Below, in pieces: positions 11,001-23,352 of a stretch of DNA of 64,000 bases. This stretch comes from Callorhinchus milii. Taxonomy: Eukaryota. The first letter of the stretch is position 1. Every line of letters starts with the position of its first letter. The notes under the pieces were generated by a model. It ran no database searches and was not told the origin of the DNA. It saw nothing but the letters and a program-made list of their open reading frames with translations. The stretch lies in NCBI RefSeq assembly GCF_018977255.1, contig NW_024704742.1, positions 38,132,001 to 38,196,000 of the forward strand. Reading direction: 5' to 3'. A program made the position numbers and the translations under genes.

Positions 11001-12439
11001 AGGGTTTTCCCAGCTTCACTCACACTCACCCCCCCCAGTCATTCCCAGTCTGGGCTCGGGCCCCGCCCCCCGTCACCTGTTGATGGTGGAGGGGTGTGTG
11101 TGTGTGGGGTGGGGGGAGAAATCTTACATCCGATTGGAGGATCGAGCTGTCAATCAACTGAAAGCTTTAGCTTCACTTTAGCTTCACTATGTTTCTTGAG
11201 TGCAATCAGAGACTCCTGACCGGAGGGAGGGAGGGAGGGAGGGCTGTTCTGCTCATCCAGGTAAACAACAACAACTTGCAGTTATTTTTTGAGGGGGAGA
11301 TCGTGTGTGTGTGTGTGTGTGTGGGGGGGGGGGGGGTCAGTCTGGTGTCTGACACACGTGGGAACCCCTCACCAGGCTTCAGGGTATCCAAACCAAGCTG
11401 AGAATTCCACACATCCCACCTCCACATGGCAATCCCACAGATGGATTGGTTGCAAAGGAATGCGCACTCTCTCCCTGGAGGGATGCCTCCCGCTGACCTC
11501 ATACCGTAAAGTATCAGGCTTCAGGGTGCATTTTTATACAGCACCCTGCGCGCGAGCTAGCGTCTCGGAGGGCTTAACAGCGGCAGAGCCCTGGCGCTGA
11601 GCCAGGGGGAGGTGACTGTAAGCTCGGTCGAAGGCGAAGATCTTCAGGGATCATCCGAAAACGGTGAAGGAGGGGGCAAGGTGGAAGAATTGAGAGAGTT
11701 CCAGTGCTTCGGGGCGTAGTGGCTGAAAGCACAGCCGCCGATGGTGGAGCAGAGGGGATGAGAGACAAGCAGGAGGCCAGAGCCAGGGAAGCGGAGGCAG
11801 CAGGTGGTGGGAGTGGGGAGTAAGCAAGTCGGAGAGGTAGGGAGGTGTCAGGGTATGAAGAGATTTGTAGACATGTGTGACGTACAGAAAATACAACATC
11901 CAGCACCACAATAGGAGATTAGGATCTCTTAATGACACACCATTACAATGCAAACATTTTTGTGTAAACTGTAGGGCGGACAAGTTGCTGATTAACAGCG
12001 ATCAAAACAAATTTAAAATGTGGTCAAAGAGTAGGTGTAATGCCATCCAACACAATCTGATGACATTAACCATAGGTGTTATTTATTACTGGTGATACCA
12101 CACCACTTTACAATCATTTCTGTGAACCACTTACGTGACAAGGCTCCACATCAAATGTAAGGATTATTATAATTTTTATCTTACAGTTTAATGATCTAGT
12201 AGGTAGAACTTTAGTACCTCAACATTAGCAGATAATTTACTTAACGTATTTTGACTTCTCTCATTTTTGCTTGTTTTCTCTTTGATTTTGGTTACTTTTT
12301 TGGCTGCCTCTCAACAGCAGTTTGCTTAAATGGTTATGATCAATAATGAACATATCATGAACAAACATATAACGTTTCAATCTTATTTTCTCTGTAGTTG
12401 GAGTTTAATCTCCAGGTGATTAGCTTTTATTTTTACATT

Positions 12440-12950
12440 GCCCTCCTCACTGGTCTCCCCAGTTCCACCATTTGTAAAATCCAATTAATTCAACACTCTG
12501 CCTCCATATCCTCATCTGTATAAACTTCCATAACCCCAGTCCTTGCCAACTTTCACTAGATCCCTATTCTATAATTGATCGATTTCAAGATACTCACACT
12601 CAGGTACAAATCAGTTCATGTCATGCCCCTTCCATACCCCTCTGACCCGCTCACACCCCACTCCTCTACCCACTCCCTTTGCTCAGCTGGCTCTGGCTTG
12701 CTGCATGACTCTCATCTCCTCTGCTGCACCAGCGGTGGCTGAGATTTCAGCCACTATGCCTCGAAATTCCTGAACTCTGACTCAATCCCTGCACCTCCTT
12801 GCCTGTCTTCAGATCACACCTGAAGACTTTCCTCTTCAACCATGCCTATGGTTACTTCCCCTCTCCCATCGTCAAGTTCCACCATTGTTAAGCACTCTGA
12901 GATGCTACCCCACATAAAGGGCACTATATAAATGCAAGTTGGTGTTGTTC
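12440..12950 (+). mobile_element. L2 LINE 3' fragment
   Basis: Degenerate counterpart of 900-1452, ending in gcactatataaatgcaagttggtgttgtt. Confidence 0.7.
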
Positions 12951-14962
12951 CCAACCCATCACCCCAATCCCCACTCGCCAATCAAGGTCTGTTTCACTCT
13001 GGAATGCAAGGAGCTGGAGTTTATTAAATAATAATACTTGCATTTGGTACAGTGACTTTCACATCGGAAAGTCATCTCAAAGCACTTCACAGGATCTACT
13101 GTAAAAATGTAGTGACTGTCTATTTTTAGGTGAATGCAGTAGCCCATTTGTAAACAGCCACCACAAGCAGACATGAAGTGCATGATCAATTTTATTTGGA
13201 GGATTATTGGACAGGACACTTGGAGAAACTAATTTCTCTTTTTGAATAGTGCCATGGGATCTTTAATGTCCATTTGAATGACATTCAGGACCTCGGTTTA
13301 ATGTCACATCCAAAGGATAAGTTATTCGCCTACAAATACACAGTTACTAAATGTTACAGTAGATCCTGTGGGACAATTCAAACCAGACTGAGAGTTTCAC
13401 ATAAAAGTGTGCCATCCACACATTAACATTTCTCTGTGTCTGGAATGGAATATGAACACTCCCTGAGTGAAGTACCTATACTCTGCACCTATGGTTCTGG
13501 GGACAAGGATTCTTCCCACTTGGCCCCTATTAACTGTGCAAGCCTAAACCCTAGGATTCCTAGCCAGATAAGTAGTGGTAGTCAGTCAATACTTGCAATA
13601 GCAAATTTTAGTTGGCTAAACTCCATCAGTACCCCCAATGCACACTCTTGGTTCCTAAAGCCTTGGCTCTTGTCCATCTGCTTTCCCACCTTTGAATATT
13701 TATTCATGTTAACCCTTGTAGATTCTTCCCTCCCCCCAGCGTCTGATACACAGGATACTATTATTTTCATATGAAACAGATAGCTTGAAAGTGTCAATAA
13801 CAAGTGCATATATTTGTATGTTTATAAAAGACTCAGCAGTGATAAACAGTACGTGAGCCTTTCTCTGTATATGTATGGGTATAACTGCTTTATCAGCTAC
13901 CATTTGCAGACAGAGATATAGGTGCACCAAAATGCTAGACAGGTTACCAGATTGAAAATCGGTTTGAATGATGAAGGGAGACAAATTGAGATATGTAATC
14001 CAATCCAGCACCTTGGGACATCCTCTCGATATGAAAAGCGCTATATAAATGTTGTTATTTGTTGTTGTTGTAATCAAAATAGATCATACCATACAAAAAG
14101 TGGATTTTATATTATATATTACACTATACAAATGCAAGCTGTTGCTGTTATTTGTTAACGTGTAATGCCTTACCACAAATGGCATTTGAAGCTGAGTCCA
14201 TAACAGCATTTAAAATTCATCTGGATATAGTTGTAATGAATATATAATATTTAAGGGTAGGGGAAAAGAGCAGGGAAATGGGATTAAAGGAGATTCCTCC
14301 AGTGGGGAAACTCAAACACAATGGCCAAATGATCACTTACTTTTCATGGCTCTGTATACTCAACCAGGAAAGACAGAGGGTGCAAAGTGGCATATTTGGA
14401 CTGATGGTATTGAGTGTTATGAACAGACTGATTAAATCTTATTCTTAAATAATTAAAACATTTGATTAATTTTTTTATGGAACTCCACCACGCCCCCCCC
14501 CCCCACCCTTGCCTCCTTTAAGGCCTATTTCAATATCTTCCTTTTCGACCGGGCCTTCGGTCATCTTCCCTCCTCCACTACCCTTGCCCTCCATCCCACT
14601 CTAATCCAACCCACCCAAGGGATGGAGGGCTGGACAAACCCCTCATTGTCCAGAGCCTTGGGACATCCTGACATGAAAGGCTCTATATAAATGCTATTTG
14701 TTATTATATGAATATATTATCTCTTAATATGATTGTAAGTGAATTCTTAATGTGTATATTTGATTTATAGTCAAAAACAAGCCTGTGGTTGTACCCTTCT
14801 CTGTTATATTGCTGCTGTGATAGTTTGATTGCAAACCAAGAAATGTGCAATTAAATTTAGATAATAAATATACATGAGAAAATATCTGTGACTTTTTGAC
14901 TTGTTGATATTGAAGCAAATTAAAAATTTGTAAAAAAAGAATGGTCTTTTTTCCTTGAATGA

Positions 14963-15276
14963 GGAGTCCTGTAGATCAAGTGGTTAGAGCACTTGACTGG
15001 CAAGCGAGAGACCTGGGTTCGATTCCTGGCAGGGCGAAACCTTGGGCAAGTTTCCTTACTCCACACGCATGATGATAATACCCTCAAGAAAAAAGGAATA
15101 ATAAATTGGTCACTTCAATCCACGACTGTTTGTGGAACACTGCTGTGCGCAATTAGCTGCCGTATTTCACCCACAAAGTATACAGTCAATTCACTTTACA
15201 GTATATTCTGTGAAGTGCTTTGAGACATCCAGAAAACATGAAAAGCGCTATATCAAATGCAAGGATTATTATTATT
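14963..15276 (+). mobile_element. Young tRNA(Ala)-headed Deu-domain SINE, full length
   Basis: A/B-box head, central ctgtttgtggaacactgctgtgcgcaattagctgccg domain, (att)n tail. Confidence 0.88.
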
Positions 15277-15669
15277 AAATGCACGGAATAATCTTGCTAC
15301 AACTGAAAAAATATGCCACAAACATAATATATGAACAATGCATTGGTACAATTTTCTGTTTACTCTCTCTCATAAGCTTATTTAATTGCCATGTAATTGT
15401 CTTTTGAGTTATATAGTTAATATCAGTTATAGTATGCACCCTCATAAGTACCAATATTGTAAAATGGTTGAATTGTGCCTGTGAGTTGATGTCACCCTCC
15501 ATGGCTATTGTTACTATTAACTATAGTTATTTCAATTTGTTCTCTCCTCTCCTGGAAATAATGTAATGAGTTATAGTCCTGTGGGAGCTGGCAGTCCTCC
15601 ACTACTTCATCAAAGAAACTATTCTTCATGTGTGAGCACAAGTAATGAATGTTGAACAGTTAACTTGCA

Positions 15670-15876
15670 ATAATCCCTCCAAAAAAAAACAATAATAAAT
15701 TGGTCATTTTCAATCTACGACTGTTTGTGGGACATTGCTGTGTGCAATTGGCTGCCGCGTTCACCCACAATTATACAGTCAATTCACTTTACAGTGTGTT
15801 CTGTGAAGCGCTTTGGGATGTCCTCCCGATATGAAAAGCGCTATATCAAATGCAAGGATTATTATTATTATTATTA
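15670..15876 (+). mobile_element. Young SINE, 5'-truncated
   Basis: Near-identical to 16745-16940. Confidence 0.88.
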
Positions 15877-16627
15877 TCTCTAGGGTTTTTAACATAGGGT
15901 GAATGTCTCAAAGTATTTCACAAAGACGGAGGGGAAGTGGGTGGAAGAGATGGAAGAAACCAGGCTTGGTCAAGAACAGGCAAAATAATAATTATATTAA
16001 TATTTTATTTGCATTTGATACACTGGAGCAACTATCATTTTAAGACATCTCAAAGTGCTTGACAGGGAACTGCTGACAAGAGTTGTGACTTAGTATTTAT
16101 AGGCAAACATGGCAGTCAATTTGCACACAGCAATGTCCCACAAACTAATTTGGTCCAATGCCAATTTAACTGGAGGATTGTTACAGGACAGGATGACCCT
16201 ACTTACTCTTTTTAATAATATCTTGGGATCTTTAACTTTAATCTAAACCACAATGACAGCAAATCAGCTGCAGAATTTGGTGTGGGATTTGAAAGAGAGA
16301 TGGGGTGTGGGGGGTGATGGTCAAACTGTCCTGCTCCACTTGATAATCCTGTCCATTTGGATGCAAGTCTTGGTGACTCCGGCGTGGAGGGTGCTATATA
16401 ACTCTAAGTTGTTGTTGTTGACTCTAAAAATTGAGATCATTGTTGTACTTCAATATGCTGGAGTGGACATTCTCTTGAATACACATAACATGTGAATTAT
16501 GAACTTGGTGTGAGTATACATTTTATTTGGTCAGCCAAGTGTCTGACACGTGCAGAAACCCATCACCATGCTTAAACGTTTCTAAACTAGACTGACAGTT
16601 CCACATTTGTATGCCACCTACATATGT

Positions 16628-16940
16628 GGAGTCCTGTAGCTCAGCGGTTAGAGCACTCGCTTTGCAAGCGAGAGACCTGAGTTCAATTCCAGGCAGAGGG
16701 CGAAACCTTGGGCAAGTTTCCTTACTCCTCACAGAGCCTAATAATAATCCCTCCAAAAACAAATCAATAATAAATTGGTCATTTTCAATCTACGACTGTT
16801 TGTGGAACATTGCTGTGCGCAATTGGCTGCCGCGTTCGCCCACAAATATAGTCAATTCACTTTACAGTGTGTTCTGTGAAGCGCTTTGGGACGTCCTCCC
16901 AACGTGAAAAGCGCTATATCAAATACAAGGATTATTATTA
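16628..16940 (+). mobile_element. Young tRNA(Ala)-headed Deu-domain SINE, full length
   Basis: A box tagctcagcgg, anticodon arm CTCGC-TTTGCAA-GCGAG (TGC), B box gttcaattcc, L2-like tail ending aggattattatta. Confidence 0.92.
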
Positions 16941-18000
16941 TATGGAAATGTCCTTGTGTCTGGACTGAAATGTGCACTTGCTCCCTACAGGGATTCATCC
17001 TGTTTGCCTAATTCTGGGAAGCATTAGACACAGGGATTCAACAACAGATCCTGGACGTGAAATGATTAGTTTTTTACCCAACAAGACAGTCATTTCATTC
17101 TGAACTTTTCAAATGAGGTCAAAATATTTCAAAAAGGGTTTTGACACCTCAGTTGTGAAAGTTTCATGTGGACTCCTTTCAGCTGCGAATGCCATATTCT
17201 ATGCATCCCACTTACACATGGAACTTTCCCTGTTTTAAAATAAAACAATAAAGTTGGCAGGAAAAGACCTCGGAACTAGTGTAAGGACTTGATCAGTTTT
17301 GGAGTGAAGGTGTGTGGGATTGTCTGAGCCTGACAAAACAGCTGGGGAACCTGGAGTCTCCTCATGGAACACAAATAGACCTGGTCTGACCAGTTGACAA
17401 CACAGCTGTATTTTTATCAGTTTCAGTACATTTTGAAAGGTGTTCAGCTAAGGGCACAAATCGTTCTATTTTCCATCTGCTTTATATAATATATTACTTA
17501 ATTTGTCAAATGTGTTTCAGCAAATAATACCCTATGTGGTTTGCCAATTAATCATTTGAATTAGACTTTCTATCCCACTTCCGACAGAATAGTGATGTAT
17601 ATAATAATCCTTACATTTGATATATACATATATATTTGATATAACATGTCATCAAAATGTCTCAAAGCACTTCACAGGACGTACTGTAAAGTGTTGTGCC
17701 TGTGTGTACTTTACTAGCGAATGCAGCAGTTTGTACACAGCAGTGCCCCACAAACAGCTATGAAATGAATGATCAATTTTATTTTGGGGGGTTGTTGGCC
17801 AGGACACCAGGAGAAACCCCTTTCTCTTTTCAAATAGTGCCCAGGGATCTTTAACATCCAACAGAACAGGCAGAAGGGACCTGGGTTTAACGTCTCAACG
17901 GAAGGACATAATTATTATAATTAGGATTATTATTATAATTAGGATTATTATTATTATAAGGACAACACCTCCAACAAATGCAGCACATCCCCAGCACTGA

Positions 18001-18273
18001 AATAATAATAATAGTCCTTGCCTTTGATATAGCGCTTTTCACGTCGGGAGGACGTCCCAAAGCGCTTCACAGAACACACTGTAAAGTGAATTGACTGTAT
18101 ATTTGTGGGCGAACGCGGCAGCCAATTGCGCACAGCAATGTCCCACAAACAGTGGTGGATGGAAAATGACCAATTTATTATTGTTTTGGGTTTTGGAGGG
18201 ATTATTATTAGGCTCTGTGTGGAGTAAGGAAACTTGCCCAAGGTTTCGCCCTCTGCCTGGAATTGAACCCGGG
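18001..18273 (-). mobile_element. Young SINE, head partly truncated
   Basis: Reverse complement of most of 16680-16940. Confidence 0.9.
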
Positions 18274-18408
18274 TCAGATGGGGTTGCTTTCCCCCAAATG
18301 AAACTACATTTCCGAACAGTGCTTTTTACTGCAAAGCAAAGTCCTTGTATAAATACCCACAATCATGCAATAAACCATCAGCACAGAGATAATACAAACA
18401 TCTGTTTA

Positions 18409-19500
18409 CCCCCCCCCCCCTCCCCCCCCCAGCCCCACCCCCAGCCCCACCCCCAGCCCCAGCCCCTCCCCCACCCCCAGCCCCTCCCCCCAGCCCCTCC
18501 CCCACCCCACCCCCCCACCCCCAGCCCCTCCCCCCACCCCCACCCCCAGCCCCTCCCCCCAGCCCCACCCCAGCCCCACCCCCCAGCCCCACCCCCCAGC
18601 CCCACCCCCAGCCCCCCCCCAGCCCCAGCCCCTCCCCACCCCACCCCCCAACCCCAGCCCCTCCCCCCCAGCCCCCCCCCAGCCCCCCCCCCACCCCACC
18701 CCCCCAGCCCCCCAGCCCCAGCCCCTCCCCCCCAGCCCCTCCCCCCCACCCCAGCCCCTCCCCCACCCCCAGCCCCTCCCCACCCCCAGCCCCTCCCCCA
18801 CCCCCAGCCCCTCCCCCCAGCCCCTCCCCCCACCCCAGCCCCTCCCCCCACCCCCAGCCCTCCCCCACCCCAGCCCCTCCCCCAGCCCTTCCCCCCAGCC
18901 CCAGCCCCTCCCCCCAGCCCCAGCCCCTCCCCCCCAGCCCCAGTCCCCTCCCCCCACCCCAGCCCCTCCCCCCCAGACCCTCCCCCAGCCCCTCCCCCCA
19001 GCCCCTCCCCACCCCCAGCCCCTCCCCACCCCCCAACCCCTCCCCCCCCCCCCCACCCCCAGCCCCCCAGCCCCAGCCCCTCCCCCCAGCTCCAGCCCCT
19101 CCCCCCCAGCCCCCCACCCCTCTCCCCAGCCCCTCCCCCCACCCCAGCCCCCTCCACCCCCTCCCCCCCAGCCCAGCCCCCTCCCCCAGCCCCTCCCCCC
19201 ACCCCCAGCCCCCACCCCTCCCCCCAGCCCCCCCCCCACCCCAGCCCCCCTCCACCCCCCCCCCCAGCCCCAGCCCCTCCCCCCCAGCCCCTCCCCCACC
19301 CCCAGCCCCCCACCCCTCCCCCCAGCCCCTCCCCCCCCCCAGCCCCCTCCACCCCCTCCCCCCCAGCCCCAGCCCCAGCCCCTCTCCCCCAGCCCCTCCC
19401 CCACCCCAGCCCCCCACCCCTCTCCCCAGCCCCTCCCCCCACCCACCCCCAGCGCCCCCCCAGCCCCAGCCCCTCCCCCCAGCCCCTCCCCCCAGCCCCA
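18409..19500. repeat. ~1.1-kb C-rich degenerate tandem tract (G-rich on minus) upstream of SEPTIN11 exon 1
   Basis: Repeated cccagcccctccccc / cccaccc units, nearly CpG-free. Confidence 0.95.
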
Positions 19501-19650
19501 GGGAGAGAGAGATGCCATATTGCCGGAGTGCAGAGCGAGGAGAGAGGTTGTAGCAGAGCTCACCTCCCGGGGACCAGCAGCAGCCACACACCCTCCTCTC
19601 TCCCACACACACACACACACAGTACCACTGAGCCACAGCTCCACACAGTG

Positions 19651-19677
19651 ATGGCTGCAGTAGTCGAAATGAAATCT
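19651..19677 (+). CDS. SEPTIN11: Septin-11 coding exon 1 (MAAVVEMKS)
   Basis: ATG in gtgATGG context, 9 codons, then a gtgagt donor in phase 0. It matches the 9-residue first exon recalled for SEPT11 (MAVAVGRPS) and is in frame with exon 2. Confidence 0.75.
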
Positions 19678-20416
19678 GTGAGTACATTTGTTATATATAT
19701 ATATGTGTGTGAGTGTGTGTTGTAATATATTTATATACTGTATATATATGTGTGTGATGTGTGTTGTAATATATTTATATATTATATATATATGTGTGTG
19801 TTGTAATATATTTATATACTGTGTATATATATGTGTGTGTATGTTAGAGAGGTTTATTATTTATTTTAAAATGTCTTTTGCGCAGAGATTATTTTTTTAC
19901 CCTAAAAAAAAATCCATCGCTGGTCAGAGGCTTCATTTTTTTGGGGGGAAATTGAAAAAAAAAACCTCCCCCCAGTAACGCCGAACTGCAAAAGTCAAGG
20001 CAGCAAAAAGGTTACAGCAAAAAGGTCTCTCTTTTTTTTCCTGCGTGACCTATTGCAACATACTAACGGTAAATGCAAATCCCTCTCCAGCCCTTAGTTA
20101 ATTCCTCTGGTGCTTTATATAATATATATATATATATACATATATTTATTTACGTTGAATTCACAGTTTGTATATATTATATTATATGCTGAATTCAACC
20201 GTTTTTTCTCTTTTTATTTATATATATATACATATGAAAGTAAGTGAGAGTGGTGCAGAAGTGAGTGAGTGAGTGAACCTTCTCTTGTTATTGTCAAATA
20301 ATACGTTGGGCCAAAAAAAAAAGGGGCTCAGGCGGCGGCTCGTGGTCAACAAGTGTCAGTCAGTGGCTGTTATTTGGGATGGTTCAGTCTGGGAGGGAAA
20401 CGTGTGTAACGTAGGT

Positions 20417-20570
20417 ATGTGTGTGTGTGTGTGTGCGTGTATGTGTGCATGTGTGTGTGTGCATGTACGTGCATGTGTGTGTGTACGTGTGTGTGTGTGC
20501 ATGTATGTGCAAGTGTGTGCATGTGTGTGTGTGCATGTATGTGCATGTGTGTGTGTGCATGTATGTATGT
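20417..20570. repeat. Degenerate (TG)n microsatellite
   Basis: gtgtgt/gcatgt units. Confidence 0.9.
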
Positions 20571-21419
20571 GCCAGAGTGAGAGCTGCAGAGGGGGGACCG
20601 GATGGGGGAGAGAGAGGGAGAGGGGATGGAGGGAGGGAGGGAGGGATGGAGTATCCTCGCTCTGCTCTGCTGTGCTCTGCTGTGCTGTGCTGTTGTGCAG
20701 AGCGCTGTCCTGCAGTCAGTCAGTCAGTCAGTCAGCACTGCAGCTCCGGCTCTCTCCTGTGCTGAGTGCCACCGACTCGCCAGTTCACCGCTGTGGTTTT
20801 CATCGCCAGTGCAATGAATCAGCCACTTGCACATTCAGATTTCCGGCCTCTCTCTCTCTCTCTCTCTCTTTTTAATCAGCTCCTCAATGGCCAATGCCCA
20901 CACCGTGGGGGTGGGGGGGATTCACGAGGAATAACGGTTGCGCTCCCAACTGAACTGCAGTGAGTCATTTCTACTCAGTTTGCAGACTCGCCCTCTTATC
21001 TTTTTCTTCCTTGAACGCAGAGCTGTTTCTGTTGAATTGCTTAATCTCCCCCTCCCCCCCTCCCCCCTCTCCCCCCCCACTGTTCCCCTGTTAAAGGGTT
21101 TGCCATGTGGCAGATGCAAACATCATGTCTGTCTTTTGGCGGAGGGGGGGAGGGGGAGGTGGGGCTTGTGTGTGTGTGTGTGTGTGTGTGTGTGTCTGTG
21201 GGTTATTTTTTTATTGCAGATCTCAAAAGTTGATGATCTACGAATGTGGGTTATAAAATACGACAGTTGAGGCCAGCACTGGAGAGATTCTGAGTACTCG
21301 GGGGAAACAAACTTGCAGCGCAGTGCAGGCCCAATAAACAGTGCCTTTATATGATCATACGCAGTGTTTTGTGATCAAAGTACAACATTTAAAAGAATAC
21401 CCCAAGATATGGCAATGCA

Positions 21420-21745
21420 AAGGCTCTGCTCGTGGCTTTACTCCCTAACCCATTATCTGTTGCCTCCGCTCGACTGGCTCCGACCTCCTGCTTGTTCCTT
21501 GCGCTCTTCGTTCCACCATCAGTGGCCGCACTTTTTCAGCTACTACGCCCTGGAACGCTGGAGCACTCTTCCCTCCGTCTTGTCACTTTCTTCCCCATCT
21601 TCAGATCGCGCTTGAAGATGCTCCTCTTCAGCCGTCCTTACAGTTACCTTTCCCCCCAGCTCGGCGTCATGCTCCGCCACTGTCAAGCGCTCTGGGACGC
21701 TACCCTGAGTGAGGTGCACTATATAATTGCAAGGTGTTGTTTTTA
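21420..21745 (+). mobile_element. L2 LINE 3' fragment
   Basis: Similar to 35585-35882; tail gcactatataattgcaaggtgttgtt. Confidence 0.7.
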
Positions 21746-22969
21746 ATACGGTAATCAGGTCTGAAGACGTGTGGTGAATCCTGGAGGACAAGATCATTGG
21801 TAGACCAGGAAATATTCCTTTAGCTCCCAAGGCATTTATCATATACTTTACTGTACTAACTACACGGTGAAAAGAAAATCAGAACTGTGTCCTTTTAGTT
21901 GAGGAAAACACGTTGCTAATCTGAGAGTATAATGAGATGGTTGTGACATCCTTGGGATAGAATGGCTGGGGGAGGGGCGATGATCTTATCTAGAAAGAGT
22001 GGAACAGGCTAAGTATCTGGTTGTGATCATGAGTTGTATAATTACTGGCCCATTGCTATTATCTGTAGCACCGCTGAGGTTTCCACTCAGAGAAGGCTTT
22101 CTCTGAATAAATTATTTCCTTTTTAATTTTACACAATTTGTAAATTATGCATTTTTTTTACACATGAAGCAGGTTTACATTTTGTAACGTTCAAATATTC
22201 AATATTCAAATATGACTCCTGCCAGAAATGTAGCTGAGCAAATATTTTTAAAACTGTGCTGATATTAGAAGATTATAAAACAAGACATTTATATACCAGT
22301 TTGTTAATGAACTATTTTGTGTGATTTGCAGTATACCCAGGGAATTTTCTATTATTTGGCTTGATAGAAGTACCACTATAATTGATTTTTTAAAGAGGGC
22401 AGGATAGTACGTCATTCAAAGTCGTGTTCACTGGATATGTGACAGAAGTGCTTTTAATTGCCATACTTGGTGTGGGTAATTTGGGACATGGAAATAAACC
22501 TAACCATCAAATCTCTTTTCTGTTTGAGAATCTGACCGTGAGATGCGATTTAATTTTGAAACCTTTCGAGGTCAGATATCAGAATCATGTAAGTAGATTC
22601 ACAACCGGTATCTTGAGGGTAGTCTTGAGAGAGGTCGCCACTCCTTTGACGGCCATTGCTTTTACAAGGGGCTTGATTGTCACAGGGTTGCTGGCCACTT
22701 GGCTGACTACCTCAGCAGTGTGTGTTTGTGTTCTCAAGTGGACTGTGGGATTCACCAACACAGAATGGTAAAGGATTGGATGACATAACCTGATTTGTCC
22801 CATTTGGGTGGTGCCATAATCTGTAACTGGAATGATTATTAAGGGACAGGGTCAGGGCATGTCCACAGGCAGATTGCTCTGTTCTGCTTTCCCATCGAAA
22901 ACGTGTAGTCTGGGACATCTGTATTCCCAAAGAAATAGGACTAATCCTTTCTATTAATTTTTTCTTCGA

Positions 22970-23352
22970 ATTTCTCCCTTCTCTTGGCTTGCATTGGGAT
23001 ATGGTTCTATGGGAGCAATAGTATGTACTTACCTTAATTCACCCAAATGGTCATTGTTCATGTCGAAGACATTAGTCCTGGCAGGCTATTTCAACTTTAG
23101 GCTATTTCAACTTTAGGCTATCATAGTGAGCCCAATATTTACTTTGCCTGATGTCTACGCGTGTAGGGATCACTGAATATTGATCAGAAATAGGTACTCC
23201 AGCTTATTTTTTGTCTCCCTAGTGATGCTAAAGACAATTGTGTAACCCCAAGCACTATTACTCTGATCAGCCAACTAAGCACATAATTTGATCCTTGAAC
23301 CTTCTTGGTGTATGTGCTTTAGATTATTATTAGCTGCTGAAATTACTGAGCT
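22970..23352 (-). mobile_element. Ancient AmnSINE2-like SINE relic (related pieces at ~35440-35555, 49810-50070, 61510-61830)
   Basis: Shared degenerate motifs gagttagctgatc, caattggcctcag, ggttcccactcctgatcgctatcca and ccacttgggcgaggtac across the copies, resembling the recalled AmnSINE2 consensus. Confidence 0.5.

Noticed and set aside
9841..11219. Long Pro/Ser/Leu and Gly/Glu/Arg ORFs
   Set aside because: Produced by the stop-free C/T tract.
16628..16700. tRNA-Ala(TGC)-like sequence
   Set aside because: Has A/B boxes and an anticodon arm but no paired acceptor stem, and continues into SINE body found in many copies. It is a SINE head, not a tRNA gene.
18091..19650. 544-aa proline-rich ORF in frame with septin exon 1
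   Set aside because: Starts at a non-ATG codon inside a SINE and crosses low-complexity DNA. Only the MAAVVEMKS segment near its end is credible as coding.
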